From an uncultured Candidatus Saccharibacteria bacterium (lineage in GTDB: Bacteria > Patescibacteriota > Minisyncoccia > Phycocordibacterales > UBA918): a stretch of 64,000 nt of DNA. The notes beneath the pieces were generated by a model, which worked only from the letters and a program-made list of their open reading frames with translations, was not told the origin of the DNA and ran no database searches. Each line of letters begins with the position of its first letter. The first letter of the stretch is position 1. Of the stretch, positions 29,666 to 40,000 are shown piece after piece. The stretch is from NCBI GenBank assembly GCA_964502345.1, contig CAZCWH010000001.1, positions 167 through 64,166 on the forward strand, written 5' to 3'. The translations under genes were made by a program, and so were the position numbers.

Positions 29666-30604
29666 CTAACGTGCTCGCGAGCGTCGTGACTTCCCTATGC
29701 GTATGACAACAAACGCAAACGATATAATAAAGAATAATACTGGTGCAATCACAGAAAGCTTGTGCGGTAATGAAAGTCCACTAAACCCAAAACCAGCAGT
29801 CTGTAATGTTCCATACGGCAAGATACTCACGTTTACTTCACCATTTAACTTAACCTCCTCATCGTTCAATATCTCAAATCGTGCTAGGTAACTTCCTGCA
29901 GGGAGTCTTGTTGGCAATTCAGCGAACACAGTCTCAACTTTAAAAGGATCAACCTCATCTATTTTTCCCTTCTTATGAGTCTCTTCCAAAAGTACCTTGC
30001 CTGTGCTGTCATAGATTCTAAACACAACGTCACTTGGAGCGACTGGAACATTTCCTAAGTTTTCAAGAAGCATTTCAAAACGGATTTTTCCTGGGAAATA
30101 CAACCACCCAACTTTATGTCCTTCGTTTAAATCAGATATGCCAATTTTTCTTACTTTAAAATCTTTAATCTCCTTATCAATGACCGTAATATCTACATCG
30201 ATTTGTGCTCCTAGAGAAATATTTACTGCTCCACCAGACACCTGATCATCGGGGGCACCGGTCTTAATACGAATGTTACCAGTGTAATCCTTAAAATCAG
30301 CATCATCTGGAACCTTTACCCGAACGGTCATTGGAATTTTTTGCGCTCCCTGCGGTAGTAAAAATTCGTTTCCTTCAACAATAGTAAACCACTCATTGAT
30401 ACCAGGAACATCAACACTGATTGTTGCTTTAAGCGCAGTAGTTGGATCACTACGTACGAGATAAATTATTTGCTCATACTCAGAATTTCTTGTAAGACTT
30501 GCGTTCGATACATAGGGAGGCGTAATTCCAAATCCCGCATGAACAGTCGCAGTCACTGAAAAAGCAAGCAGTATAGCCAATAAAAGAGATCTATAGATTC
30601 CCAT
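29666..30604 (-). CDS. DUF916/PapD-like membrane-anchored Ig-domain protein
   Basis: Signal peptide (VHA); GFGITPPYV, EWFTI, VKVPDDADFKDYTG, LENLGNVPVAP, GSYLARF; C-terminal TM plus basic tail. Confidence 0.72.
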   Translation of the reverse strand: MGIYRSLLLAILLAFSVTATVHAGFGITPPYVSNASLTRNSEYEQIIYLVRSDPTTALKATISVDVPGINEWFTIVEGNEFLLPQGAQKIPMTVRVKVPDDADFKDYTGNIRIKTGAPDDQVSGGAVNISLGAQIDVDITVIDKEIKDFKVRKIGISDLNEGHKVGWLYFPGKIRFEMLLENLGNVPVAPSDVVFRIYDSTGKVLLEETHKKGKIDEVDPFKVETVFAELPTRLPAGSYLARFEILNDEEVKLNGEVNVSILPYGTLQTAGFGFSGLSLPHKLSVIAPVLFFIISFAFVVIRIGKSRRSRAR

Positions 30605-30667
30605 TATTCAAAACGCAGCCGCAAAATGCGTATGCTACCTAATTATCAAACGGTTAAGCCATAAACG

Positions 30668-30700
30668 CAAGAACCACCGTAGGATAACGGTGGTTTTTTG
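30668..30700 (-). terminator. Intrinsic terminator after the 627-aa gene
   Basis: AAGAACCACCGT-aggata-ACGGTGGTTTTT. Confidence 0.75.
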
Positions 30701-30717
30701 CTGATGGTATTTATAAA

Positions 30718-32601
30718 CTACCAGTCGATTGATTCTCCTACTTTTGCAGTGAAAGTGTTTTCACCGGTATAGTCACCTGCATATGAGATAGTTATTGGAA
30801 CTCTAATACCCCAGAAAGCATCTGCCGTGGCCTGTGATGAGGTTGCTGTAGACTTAGGTACGTTGATTTCAATTTCCTTTGGCGTGGTTGAAGATAGTGT
30901 GAATCCTGCATTAACAGCATCTGTATAGCTTATAGAGCTAGTTGCAAACACCTGCTCACTTTCTGGAATTGTCGATGATGCAGACTGAGGACAGAGAGTT
31001 GATCCAGTATACGTAGTACACATTGATTCACCTGTTACATCTTTATCGAGACCAACGTTTCCAGTTGCAGCTATAGTTGTCTCAGCTACAAGAGGATCCG
31101 TTTGTTGTCCAGGTTCAAGTGCACCATATGGAATCGAAAGCGTGTTGAGAGCGAATGCAAGGAAACTTGTTACCTCAACCCCAGTATCCGCTTCTGAAAG
31201 TGATCCAGTTAATGAGACACCGTTGTTACCTTGTTGCCCATCATCAATAGCACGAACTTGTGCCCTCCAATCGTTCCATGAATACTTGGTAGACGTTGCT
31301 GTTCCATCAGTTGGATCTGCGACATACCAAAGTGGGAATGTACAATTCCAAATCATATCAACGTCTGATGAACCAGTACATGAGGTAGTTGAAGCCGTAC
31401 AATTAAGATTCCAGACAGCACTTGAAACAGAGCTTGGGTAACAATTATTTGGGTCATATGGACCAGTAACTGGGCACGTTGATGATGAACTTGTGATGGT
31501 ACCAGTACCGTTTCTGTAAATACTCAAATCGTAATCAATGACTTCATCTCCAACTCCACCACCAACCGCATCGCAACTATTATTATCTACAGTAGTAAAT
31601 GACAAACTGAAGCCTGTAGTTTCAGCTGCTTCATTCACAAGAACTATATTAGTAGTTGTCGGTTGGACAAGTGAAATAGTCGAGGCAGTAACTGTCGGTG
31701 CAATATTACCTACCGTAAGTATCGAGTTTGTTCCTTGTGTAGTAGTAGCTTCAAATCCGTGACTATCAAAAACATACCCATACGCTCCATAGTTTTGGTC
31801 TTGAGTAGGAACAACTACTGTATACGTAGCGGTTGCATTAGCAGCAACAAATACTGTGGTACTTGCAAGCGTTGTTCCTGTGCATGAGTCAGTTGTCGTA
31901 CTGAAGCCTGCTGTTGCACAAACGAAGAGCTTTACAAAGTCCTGTGTTCCAGATACATCTGCATCAGTTGAAGTACTTGTGAAAACTACAGCATTACCTG
32001 GAGTTGTCGTTGAGTTATCCCAGAATGAAGTAAAGTTTGGTCGGTGATTGATTTCAAATGGTGATGAGTTGGTTGCATTTGTTCCTTGTGTGTATGAGCT
32101 ATTGCATCGTGGTGATACTGAGTTACCGTCGCAAATCCAAGCAAACCAAGCATTGGATTCTGACCAGCTGTGTAGTGATGTGGTTGCAGCTCGTGCCTGT
32201 GTTCCAGAAGTTGTTGTTGCTGAAACTGCATACTGCACACCGTTATTACAGTGTGGCGCGCCATTGCTAGTTGCAGATGCTGTATCGCTTGTACTACATA
32301 TGAGAAGCCAGTAATCCTCAGCGTTCGAGTCTGTAGCGACTGCAACCCACGCAACTACATCCCCTGCATTAGTTGGTGTTGTTGCTGAAGACTCCGTTTC
32401 CTCTGTTGTAGAGGCTGTCCACTGAGGAGGGGTGTTAAGAACAGTAACTGATGTAGTTGCATTTTCCTGAGCAACTACTTGCTTGAGATCATTTGTACCA
32501 AGATTGAAAATAAATACAAATGCAAAAATCAGCACTCCAATGATTGTGGTGTACACAGTGATTTTACCTGCCGTACGTAAATTATCTGTGTTATATGACA
32601 T
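30718..32601 (-). CDS. Thr/Ser/Cys-rich exported protein whose two C-terminal domains are shared with the 7248-aa protein; candidate major subunit
   Basis: N-terminal TM/signal. Motifs DPNNCY, ADPTD, WRA, I.YGALE, GN..LD, IP..EQ.FATS, FWGI..P and G.NTF.A are all shared with the giant's C-terminus. Confidence 0.82.
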   Translation of the reverse strand: MSYNTDNLRTAGKITVYTTIIGVLIFAFVFIFNLGTNDLKQVVAQENATTSVTVLNTPPQWTASTTEETESSATTPTNAGDVVAWVAVATDSNAEDYWLLICSTSDTASATSNGAPHCNNGVQYAVSATTTSGTQARAATTSLHSWSESNAWFAWICDGNSVSPRCNSSYTQGTNATNSSPFEINHRPNFTSFWDNSTTTPGNAVVFTSTSTDADVSGTQDFVKLFVCATAGFSTTTDSCTGTTLASTTVFVAANATATYTVVVPTQDQNYGAYGYVFDSHGFEATTTQGTNSILTVGNIAPTVTASTISLVQPTTTNIVLVNEAAETTGFSLSFTTVDNNSCDAVGGGVGDEVIDYDLSIYRNGTGTITSSSSTCPVTGPYDPNNCYPSSVSSAVWNLNCTASTTSCTGSSDVDMIWNCTFPLWYVADPTDGTATSTKYSWNDWRAQVRAIDDGQQGNNGVSLTGSLSEADTGVEVTSFLAFALNTLSIPYGALEPGQQTDPLVAETTIAATGNVGLDKDVTGESMCTTYTGSTLCPQSASSTIPESEQVFATSSISYTDAVNAGFTLSSTTPKEIEINVPKSTATSSQATADAFWGIRVPITISYAGDYTGENTFTAKVGESIDW

Positions 32602-32673
32602 GATGCTTATGAACTTGTTAGTACAATTGTACCTAATCCACAGAATATTATAGCCAAGTTATGCACAGGTCGC

Positions 32674-33888
32674 TTATTCATACCGAATGGCATCAAGCGG
32701 GTTGAGAAGTGACGCTCTACGCGCTGGAAAAATTCCAGTTAAATAGCCTACTGCAGCCGAGAAAATCGCAATGAATGTAAGGAAGGTTAGCGGGAAAGAA
32801 AACAAGTTTACTGATTGACCACCGAACTGACTTGCCGCGATGTTCAACAGGATATTCACCACAATCCCCAGCGTTACCCCCATAGCTATCCCCGTCACAC
32901 CTCCCATGAACCCTACGACAATTGACTCGGAAATGAAGAGGAATTTAATGTCACGAGGCGAAGCGCCGAGCGTTCGCATAATCCCAATTTCTTTTGTACG
33001 TTCAAGAAGTGTGACTGTCATTGTGTTGAACATACCGATCGCTGAAACAAGGAGTGCAATACCTCCGAACGTTGCCAAGACTGCCTGCACTCCTTCAAAA
33101 ATCTTTGATGCTTGCTCAACTGTCTTTGAAAGTGCAGTAACCCGATACCCTGCCTTTATGAGTGATTCTTCGGTTACGGTGAGGAATTCATTTGATACCA
33201 CTTTCACTTGAGCACGGTCGTACTCTTCTACCCCCACGTAGTTTTTAAGTTCTTGAAGCATCATGAGTGCATTGAGTACACCTTCTTCCTTTGTAACCCC
33301 TCGAACCTTAAACTGCTTCTCGATTACAATCTCATTGATTGTATCTGTTCCATCGTCTGCAGGAATCAAGAGGCGAAATGAAACCTCCTGTCCTATAAAA
33401 GAATCGATTTTATCATCAGCAATACCGAAAAGCTTTAGAACAGCAGGTGAAATCATCACATCAGTTCCGTTTCCAATATCAGCTTCCTGAAAAACTTCTC
33501 CGTATGTCGCAGTTATACCTGAATATCGTATATATGCAGGTTCTGCTCCTTGAAGGAAGACATTACCAGTTAGACCTTTATAGGTAATGAGCGCAGGATA
33601 CCGTGCGAGCGGAGCAGCATCTTGAATATTTGGGTCCTTTTCAAATTCAGCGATAACCTCGTCAGTGATTGAAAGATTTCGTGCCCCCGTTGCCGAGACG
33701 CCAAGTGAGAGAAGACTGTCACCGAAGACAATCTGTTCAAGAATGATCTGCTGAAGACCAAACCCGAGTCCAACAAGCACAACGACTGCCCCGGTTCCCA
33801 CTCCCATACCAAGAATAGTAAGCCACGTACGAAGTGGATTCGTCTTAAACATTCTCGTTGAGAGTCGAGCGAGATCAGCAACTTGCAT
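32674..33888 (-). CDS. MacB/FtsX-family ABC transporter permease
   Basis: LRTWLTILGMGVG, large extracytoplasmic domain, IGMFNTMTVTLLERTKEIGIMRTLGA, PARRASLLNPLDAIRYE. Confidence 0.95.
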   Translation of the reverse strand: MQVADLARLSTRMFKTNPLRTWLTILGMGVGTGAVVVLVGLGFGLQQIILEQIVFGDSLLSLGVSATGARNLSITDEVIAEFEKDPNIQDAAPLARYPALITYKGLTGNVFLQGAEPAYIRYSGITATYGEVFQEADIGNGTDVMISPAVLKLFGIADDKIDSFIGQEVSFRLLIPADDGTDTINEIVIEKQFKVRGVTKEEGVLNALMMLQELKNYVGVEEYDRAQVKVVSNEFLTVTEESLIKAGYRVTALSKTVEQASKIFEGVQAVLATFGGIALLVSAIGMFNTMTVTLLERTKEIGIMRTLGASPRDIKFLFISESIVVGFMGGVTGIAMGVTLGIVVNILLNIAASQFGGQSVNLFSFPLTFLTFIAIFSAAVGYLTGIFPARRASLLNPLDAIRYE

Positions 33889-33982
33889 ACTGTAGTGTAA
33901 TAGTAAACAAAAAACACCGAATACGAAACCTGGTTGCTCGCATAACTAGCACTCAAAGCTAAAAGCGCACTTTGAGCGTGCA

Positions 33983-35305
33983 TTAATTTTTGTAACTCAC
34001 ATCAACACCGAGTGCGATGAGTTTCTCCATATAGCGAGCAATATCATCTGCTACTTTTTCCTTAAGACCAAGACCTCCTGTTTTTTCGCTTTCCATGAGC
34101 CCTTGATGGAACTGTACATCACCGTAAATACCCGAGAGCCTATCTGCAATGAGTCCAGCCATATTTTCATTTGTCTTTTTTGAAAGCGGTATATTATGAC
34201 ACTGGAGTAAATATTCCCGTACCCGTTCAGCAAATTTATGCTGTTGAAAGAATGCGGCATCTGATGTGTTATCACTTCGGTATCGTCGAACATCATCTGC
34301 CTGTGTTACGAGTGTGACTGAAAGGTCAGACATTCGCTCAGCCGTCACACGATCAATCCCAATACCTCCTTCTTCATACTTGCGGATGAGTGTCTGCGTA
34401 AAGAGTTTTTTATGTATTTTGCCTGAGATAAGCAGTCGAATCGCCTTTTCAAGTCGCACGAGTTGGTCAAATGTATAGTCTTGCGTGAGAAAGTTCGTGA
34501 GGCTTTTCACTCGAAGTGTTTCAACAGAGTCGTACGGAAAAAGACGAGCAAGTTGTTCAAGTTCAGTCACAATAGTCTCGCCTTCCATAACTGGTTTAAT
34601 CTGCTTACGTTGTGGATTAACAACCTCACGAACAATAAATCCATCTTTGAGATAGTACACGCGGTGCGCATATGCAAGGTGTGCTGCATTATGGGAAACC
34701 ATGATGATAGTACGCATATCAAATGTATTGATTTCATCAATCTTATCCATCACTTGCTGTGTCGAAACACTATCGAGATTCCCTGTCGGTTCATCCGCAA
34801 GAAGAATCTGAGGATCATTCACCATGGATCGAGCCACCGATACACGTTGCTGTTGTCCTCCAGAAAGCATAGAAGGAATTTTGTGCGATACCCCTCCCAC
34901 ACCAAAGCGATCAAGGAGCGACTGCGCTCGACGTTCACGAGTTGCCTTATTTGCATCACAAAAAATCATTGGGAGTGCCACATTATCAAGAACTGAGAGC
35001 GAACCAATGAGGTTAAATGACTGGAAGATAATACCCATGACGTATCGTTGAAAAAACACACGTTCTGCTGGTGGATACGCATATACATCATCACCACGAA
35101 TAAGCAGTGTTCCGTCCCCAGGCGGGAGTGAGCCTTGAATCGAATACATGAGTGTAGATTTACCACACCCTGATGGACCGAACAGAATGATATATTCACC
35201 CTCGTAGATATCAGTATTAACGCCTTGGAGTGCTTTAAACTCATTCGACTTACCTTTGTTGTAGGTAATCGTGAGATCTCGACAGACGATGAGTGGTTTA
35301 GCCAT
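33983..35305 (-). CDS. MacB/LolD-type ABC ATP-binding protein with a ~200-aa C-terminal extension
   Basis: GPSGCGKST, LSGGQQQRV, LLADEPTGNLD, VSHN. Confidence 0.95.
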   Translation of the reverse strand: MAKPLIVCRDLTITYNKGKSNEFKALQGVNTDIYEGEYIILFGPSGCGKSTLMYSIQGSLPPGDGTLLIRGDDVYAYPPAERVFFQRYVMGIIFQSFNLIGSLSVLDNVALPMIFCDANKATRERRAQSLLDRFGVGGVSHKIPSMLSGGQQQRVSVARSMVNDPQILLADEPTGNLDSVSTQQVMDKIDEINTFDMRTIIMVSHNAAHLAYAHRVYYLKDGFIVREVVNPQRKQIKPVMEGETIVTELEQLARLFPYDSVETLRVKSLTNFLTQDYTFDQLVRLEKAIRLLISGKIHKKLFTQTLIRKYEEGGIGIDRVTAERMSDLSVTLVTQADDVRRYRSDNTSDAAFFQQHKFAERVREYLLQCHNIPLSKKTNENMAGLIADRLSGIYGDVQFHQGLMESEKTGGLGLKEKVADDIARYMEKLIALGVDVSYKN

Positions 35306-35311
35306 AGTGTG

Positions 35312-36823
35312 TTATCCACCGATATTCTTAACCCAACCAAAGGTGCCTTGGAAGTTTTCAATGATTATATCAATGATATTTTTCTCCTGTATTGGAGTAA
35401 AAAGTACGTAGTTCTCGGAATCCACTGCATTCTTCGCTTCATCTTCACAATTAAGCCAAAACTGATACACAGTAGCTGGTGCAAATTCAACAATAACTTC
35501 AACGTGTTGTTCACTGTAGCTGACATCTTTTGCTTCAACTAAGGTTGGGTCTACTCCTCCCACGATACCTTCTCGATAGAAAAGCTTACAAAAAGCTGGT
35601 TCATCAGTACTCCACTCAATGATAGTCTGAATACGCGATTCACCTCCTGGAAAAAGAGTTGACTCGTTTGTTACGTTACTGATTATTGGTGCAGCAGTGT
35701 CCTTAACGGTAATAAATGTAATCGGATTACTTTTTACACGATCACCACCAGCATTTTCTGCAATAACGAATGCGACATATCGTGTCCCAAGCGTGAGGTC
35801 AGCAATACGCATCTGATGTGTCGAAGCAAGTGTTGGACGCCCAATTGAATTTTGTGTACCGGTAGTAAGGTCTTGATACTCAATGAGTGCTTTTGCGGGG
35901 ACTGTTGTGTCCCACGCGAGTGTTGCTGAGTTTTCTTCAACTTTGACGATACGTAGATTTTTAATTTCTGGAAGCGAAGCCTTCGTCATAAATGTGTAAT
36001 CACGACTTTCTCCCAGAATCCCATATGTGTCCTTCGAGCGAACCTTAAAGTGATATTCGGTATATGCTTCAAGGCCAATGAGTCGAACTTCGTGCTCTGT
36101 TGTATTACCACCTGGGTCAGCTTGAGAAAAACTATACTGATCTGGGACATATGAATCAGTTGGTGAAAAAACGACTTCAGAACTTGATTCACGATCTGTG
36201 GTCCACTTGACGATAGCGCTCGTGGTCTCGGCAATAACGGTTGGAGGACCAACAATAGTAAGATCTTCGGTGATACCCTCAATTGCCTTCACGGTCTCAT
36301 TGAGGATTTCCTGCAAAATTTCAGGAGATTGAATTTGTTCAATTTGTTCAACAATTTCCTGTGTTGTCTGTGATTGAGATTGTGATTCACTCTGTACTGT
36401 TTGTTCAGTTTGAGTTTGTGACTCTGCGCCTTCCCCAGCTTCTGCACCAACCTGTGGTGTTCCTTCGGTCAGCACTTTATAGTTAGCTGAAATACCTTGG
36501 TTTCCATCTTCATCAGAAGAAACTACACGAAAATAGTATGTGCGCCCTGGTTCAAGACCGTTGAGGGTGATGGTGTGCTCCGTTTTATCAACTTGAGGAA
36601 CACGAACGATACCGTAATCCTCTTGAAGACCATAATTCACGAGTGAATCTGCATTTTCATCTGTCTCCCAGGTAATCGTTACTGTATCCTCCGCAACATT
36701 CGTAATTTGCACATTGGTTATATCAGGCGGAATTGCGTCAGCAGCACGAACGACTGGTGACACCTGTATGTAGTAAATCAACACAAAAAGCGTGAGCGCT
36801 ACTGAAGAGAGCGAACGTAACAT
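35312..36823 (-). CDS. Secreted fibronectin type III repeat protein (four FN3-like domains)
   Basis: Repeated (I/V)xWxTD...H...L.GL.P...Y.F.V.S.D motifs; Gln-rich linker; amphipathic C-terminus. Confidence 0.88.
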   Translation of the reverse strand: MLRSLSSVALTLFVLIYYIQVSPVVRAADAIPPDITNVQITNVAEDTVTITWETDENADSLVNYGLQEDYGIVRVPQVDKTEHTITLNGLEPGRTYYFRVVSSDEDGNQGISANYKVLTEGTPQVGAEAGEGAESQTQTEQTVQSESQSQSQTTQEIVEQIEQIQSPEILQEILNETVKAIEGITEDLTIVGPPTVIAETTSAIVKWTTDRESSSEVVFSPTDSYVPDQYSFSQADPGGNTTEHEVRLIGLEAYTEYHFKVRSKDTYGILGESRDYTFMTKASLPEIKNLRIVKVEENSATLAWDTTVPAKALIEYQDLTTGTQNSIGRPTLASTHQMRIADLTLGTRYVAFVIAENAGGDRVKSNPITFITVKDTAAPIISNVTNESTLFPGGESRIQTIIEWSTDEPAFCKLFYREGIVGGVDPTLVEAKDVSYSEQHVEVIVEFAPATVYQFWLNCEDEAKNAVDSENYVLFTPIQEKNIIDIIIENFQGTFGWVKNIGG

Positions 36824-36858
36824 ATGTAATCAAAGTGTAGCATCCGACTACTCAAGAG

Positions 36859-36982
36859 CTGATGCATGTTATTAACATGCATCAGTCCCCAATCGCATAG
36901 AACGTGACCAGAAAATAATGAGCGTAGCGATTATATTTTCTGAGTCCATCTTCATGAGCTTTTCCTATGCCTCATGAAGATG
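36859..36982. repeat. Three consecutive hairpins downstream of the giant gene
   Basis: Inverted repeats at 36859-36885, 36909-36942 (GAGCGTAGCGA loop) and 36947-36982 (loop GCATAGGAAAAG on the minus strand). Confidence 0.85.
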
Positions 36983-37019
36983 CCGTAATCAAACGCTCAA
37001 TAAAATATGGAAGTAGTAT

Positions 37020-40000
37020 CTAATCTCCAATTGCGTAAAACGTATTCGTCCCCTGGTGTGGATTCCCTGCAACTCCAAATGGAATTGCTATACCCCAGAA
37101 AAGTTGATCACTCACAGAAGGTGTCGTAGAAGTCGGCTTTGTGAGGTCAAGTTCATAATTCGTAGAACTTGCAGAAAGCTGGCTACAGAACGTACACGTG
37201 GTGTATGTAAATGTTGACGTTGCAAAGATTTGCTCATTAACAGGAATGAGTGAGGAATTACCATCAGTAAGGTCAGTTCCTGCTATCGCAATATCGAGAG
37301 CGTCATTTCCGATATTTTCAACCGTTGTTGTTGCATTATAAGAACCTGTGTCGTTATTAACTTCTAGAGCCCCATAGTTAATAGTGCTGTCTACTGTAAT
37401 TGCACGCAAAGTGAGTAGATCTATCGAAGGTGCTGTGCCTGTCGCAATAGCACCGCTTTGATCACTCACCGAAAGTTCTGCGCGCCATGTTTGACCAGCG
37501 TAGGTACCAACATCTGTTGGGTCTGCATGGTAATAGAAATCTGCCGAACACGTTACGTCACATGAACTTCCACTACAATTTTCAAACACGCACTGTGTTG
37601 GAGAAGCTATGTAGCAGTTATTTGGATCACTCGTACATGACGAGAGCACACTTGAGCGGAACATGGTAGTTGTTGCGAGATTCAAATCACCATACCCGTT
37701 GAGGTCCGAGACTGTCCCTGTTGCGTAAATTGTCGTTGTCGCACCAGGTGAAAGAGTGATGTCATTTCCACCATTAAGTGAGAGTGAGGTTACGACCGGT
37801 GTAAACACAAGACTCAATTCTGCAACCTTTGTGTATGCGTCGAGCTCTGCCCCTTCGTTTGTCACACGGAAACAATAGTTCGAATCACTCACGTTAATTG
37901 TGGGTGCGATTACATACTCAAGTTCTGTAAACTCACCTGAATCGACATCTAGGCTTCCTGTGTTATTGCTTGAATCTTCCACTACCTGTCCTGGTGTAAA
38001 CACACCCGAGCCTCCGAGGAGGTCAGTCGTACTTTCCAAGTCTGTAATATTGGAAGAAGACACCATACAAATATCACTCGTACCGCAACTTGCGACATTC
38101 GGAACCTCTACATAGTCATTGTAATCAACAGATTCACAGCTCGGTGCTGCACCCTTTGGTGCAAACTCAATCTCATAATTTTGCGCACTCACTGGAGTTC
38201 CGCTATTTTCTACGAGGAATCGAACGCGAGCAGTTTCCCCTATATCAATTCCAGAAGCAGGGGTATTACGAGCAGAAGTCCATGTTGCACCACCAGGAAC
38301 CTGTTCACCACCTAAGCTCGTAGTTGCAGCGGTTGCCATGAGCGGACGAGCTGAGTAAATATCCCATCCACCGTGGTATCCCCAAAGTGTAAATCCAACA
38401 CCTCCCGAGGTGTAGCTACTGTCCGTCGCACTGGTTGTTGCAACCACACTGCCATTTTTCGATAGCCGTACATATATTGAGTCATCGGTATCCCAATCAA
38501 CTTCAACTTCATACCAACCTGTACTGTACGTTACTGTTGTTGATGCAAGTACGGTACCACTCGTATCACGATGGGTTGCATTTTCAGAAATAGAGAGTCG
38601 ATCAACACCGAAAAGTTCGAGACATACCGCATAACTTGTCGCTCCTGTCTGAACACCAAAGTGGGTACATGATTCGTCCGCTGCTCCACTCACAGTATCA
38701 ATGTATTGGAGCCATCTAAGTGTCTGCCCTTGCGCTACCGTCACGCCAAGATTACGCATGTTCTGATCTGTCTTTGAATTGGTTTGATCAAACGCTTCAA
38801 GCCTATATGTTCGCTCATATGCGCTACTTCCCACCACACTAAAGTCTCCAGTGTCACCAGTGTACTCACTGATATTTCCATCTTCAAAGTTGTCCATGAA
38901 GTCAAACGTCGATGTTGCACTTCCATCACTCACCGTACCTTCCCCGTAGTACATGTATACAGTTGCTGTTGTTGACGTTGCAAGTGTTGGTACCTTGACC
39001 CACACAACAGCTTGTGTACTTGCAGTATATGATTCGGTGAAGTGTTCTACCGCAGTGAGCCCATCTTCTTCTGTAAATCTTAGATCATCAAAATCGGCCT
39101 GCATATCACTGTCATATGGCACGATGACCTTCACGGCGACGTCATGATAGGTTACTGGATCAGAATTTGTTACCGTGACACGCTTTCGCTTACTCCAGTC
39201 AAAGTCAAACCACTCTGAATTTGGTACGCCTTCCCCACCATCGTCGTTTCGGAATCGATACGCTGATTGCTCAATGAGTATACAGTTGCTATCGTCCCAT
39301 CGTATTGAACCACAGGCATCCCCACCATCAATATCGAATGCTTCACCATCAAAGTTTCCTGTATGTGACACAAATGTCCATGCACTCGGCGTAGAGCCAC
39401 TCAACTCTACGTTTGCTCCAGTGATAGCCGTTGTTGTTGCAAAGGCAACTCCAGTCACAAAGAGTCCTGCGTTGTAGTTGAGTGTTGTTGAGGAGAGCGT
39501 TATGAGTGAACCTCCATTTACCGCAAGCGTGAAGTTACCTTCGGTGAGTGAACTTACGGTCGTGAGACCACTTAATTTTAGTCCGTCAACATTCATATTT
39601 GCGAAGCTGTAGTAGAGTGCATTGAGTGTGCCTCCAAGAATATCAATCGCATAGGTACCGCTTCCTTGATTAGAAATAGTTGTATCAAATCCACTTGCTC
39701 CTACGATATTGAGTGATCCACCCTGAAGTGTCGTGGTTGCATTCGCCGCAATGTACACAAATACCTGTCTTGAACTTCCGCCAAGCGCGGTGCCATCGAA
39801 ATCAGTTGCATAGCTCCAGTAGTCAGCACCTGCGGTTCGCTCATAATCTCCATAGATGTAGAGGACACCACTTACACCTGCATGATCTTGTGAGTAAAAT
39901 GAACTTTCTGAATCAGTGATTGTAATCGTGCCCGTACTATCCCACGCACGAAGCTCCGTACTTGAACCAACGCGGATATTGTTGTAGGTATCTCCACCCG

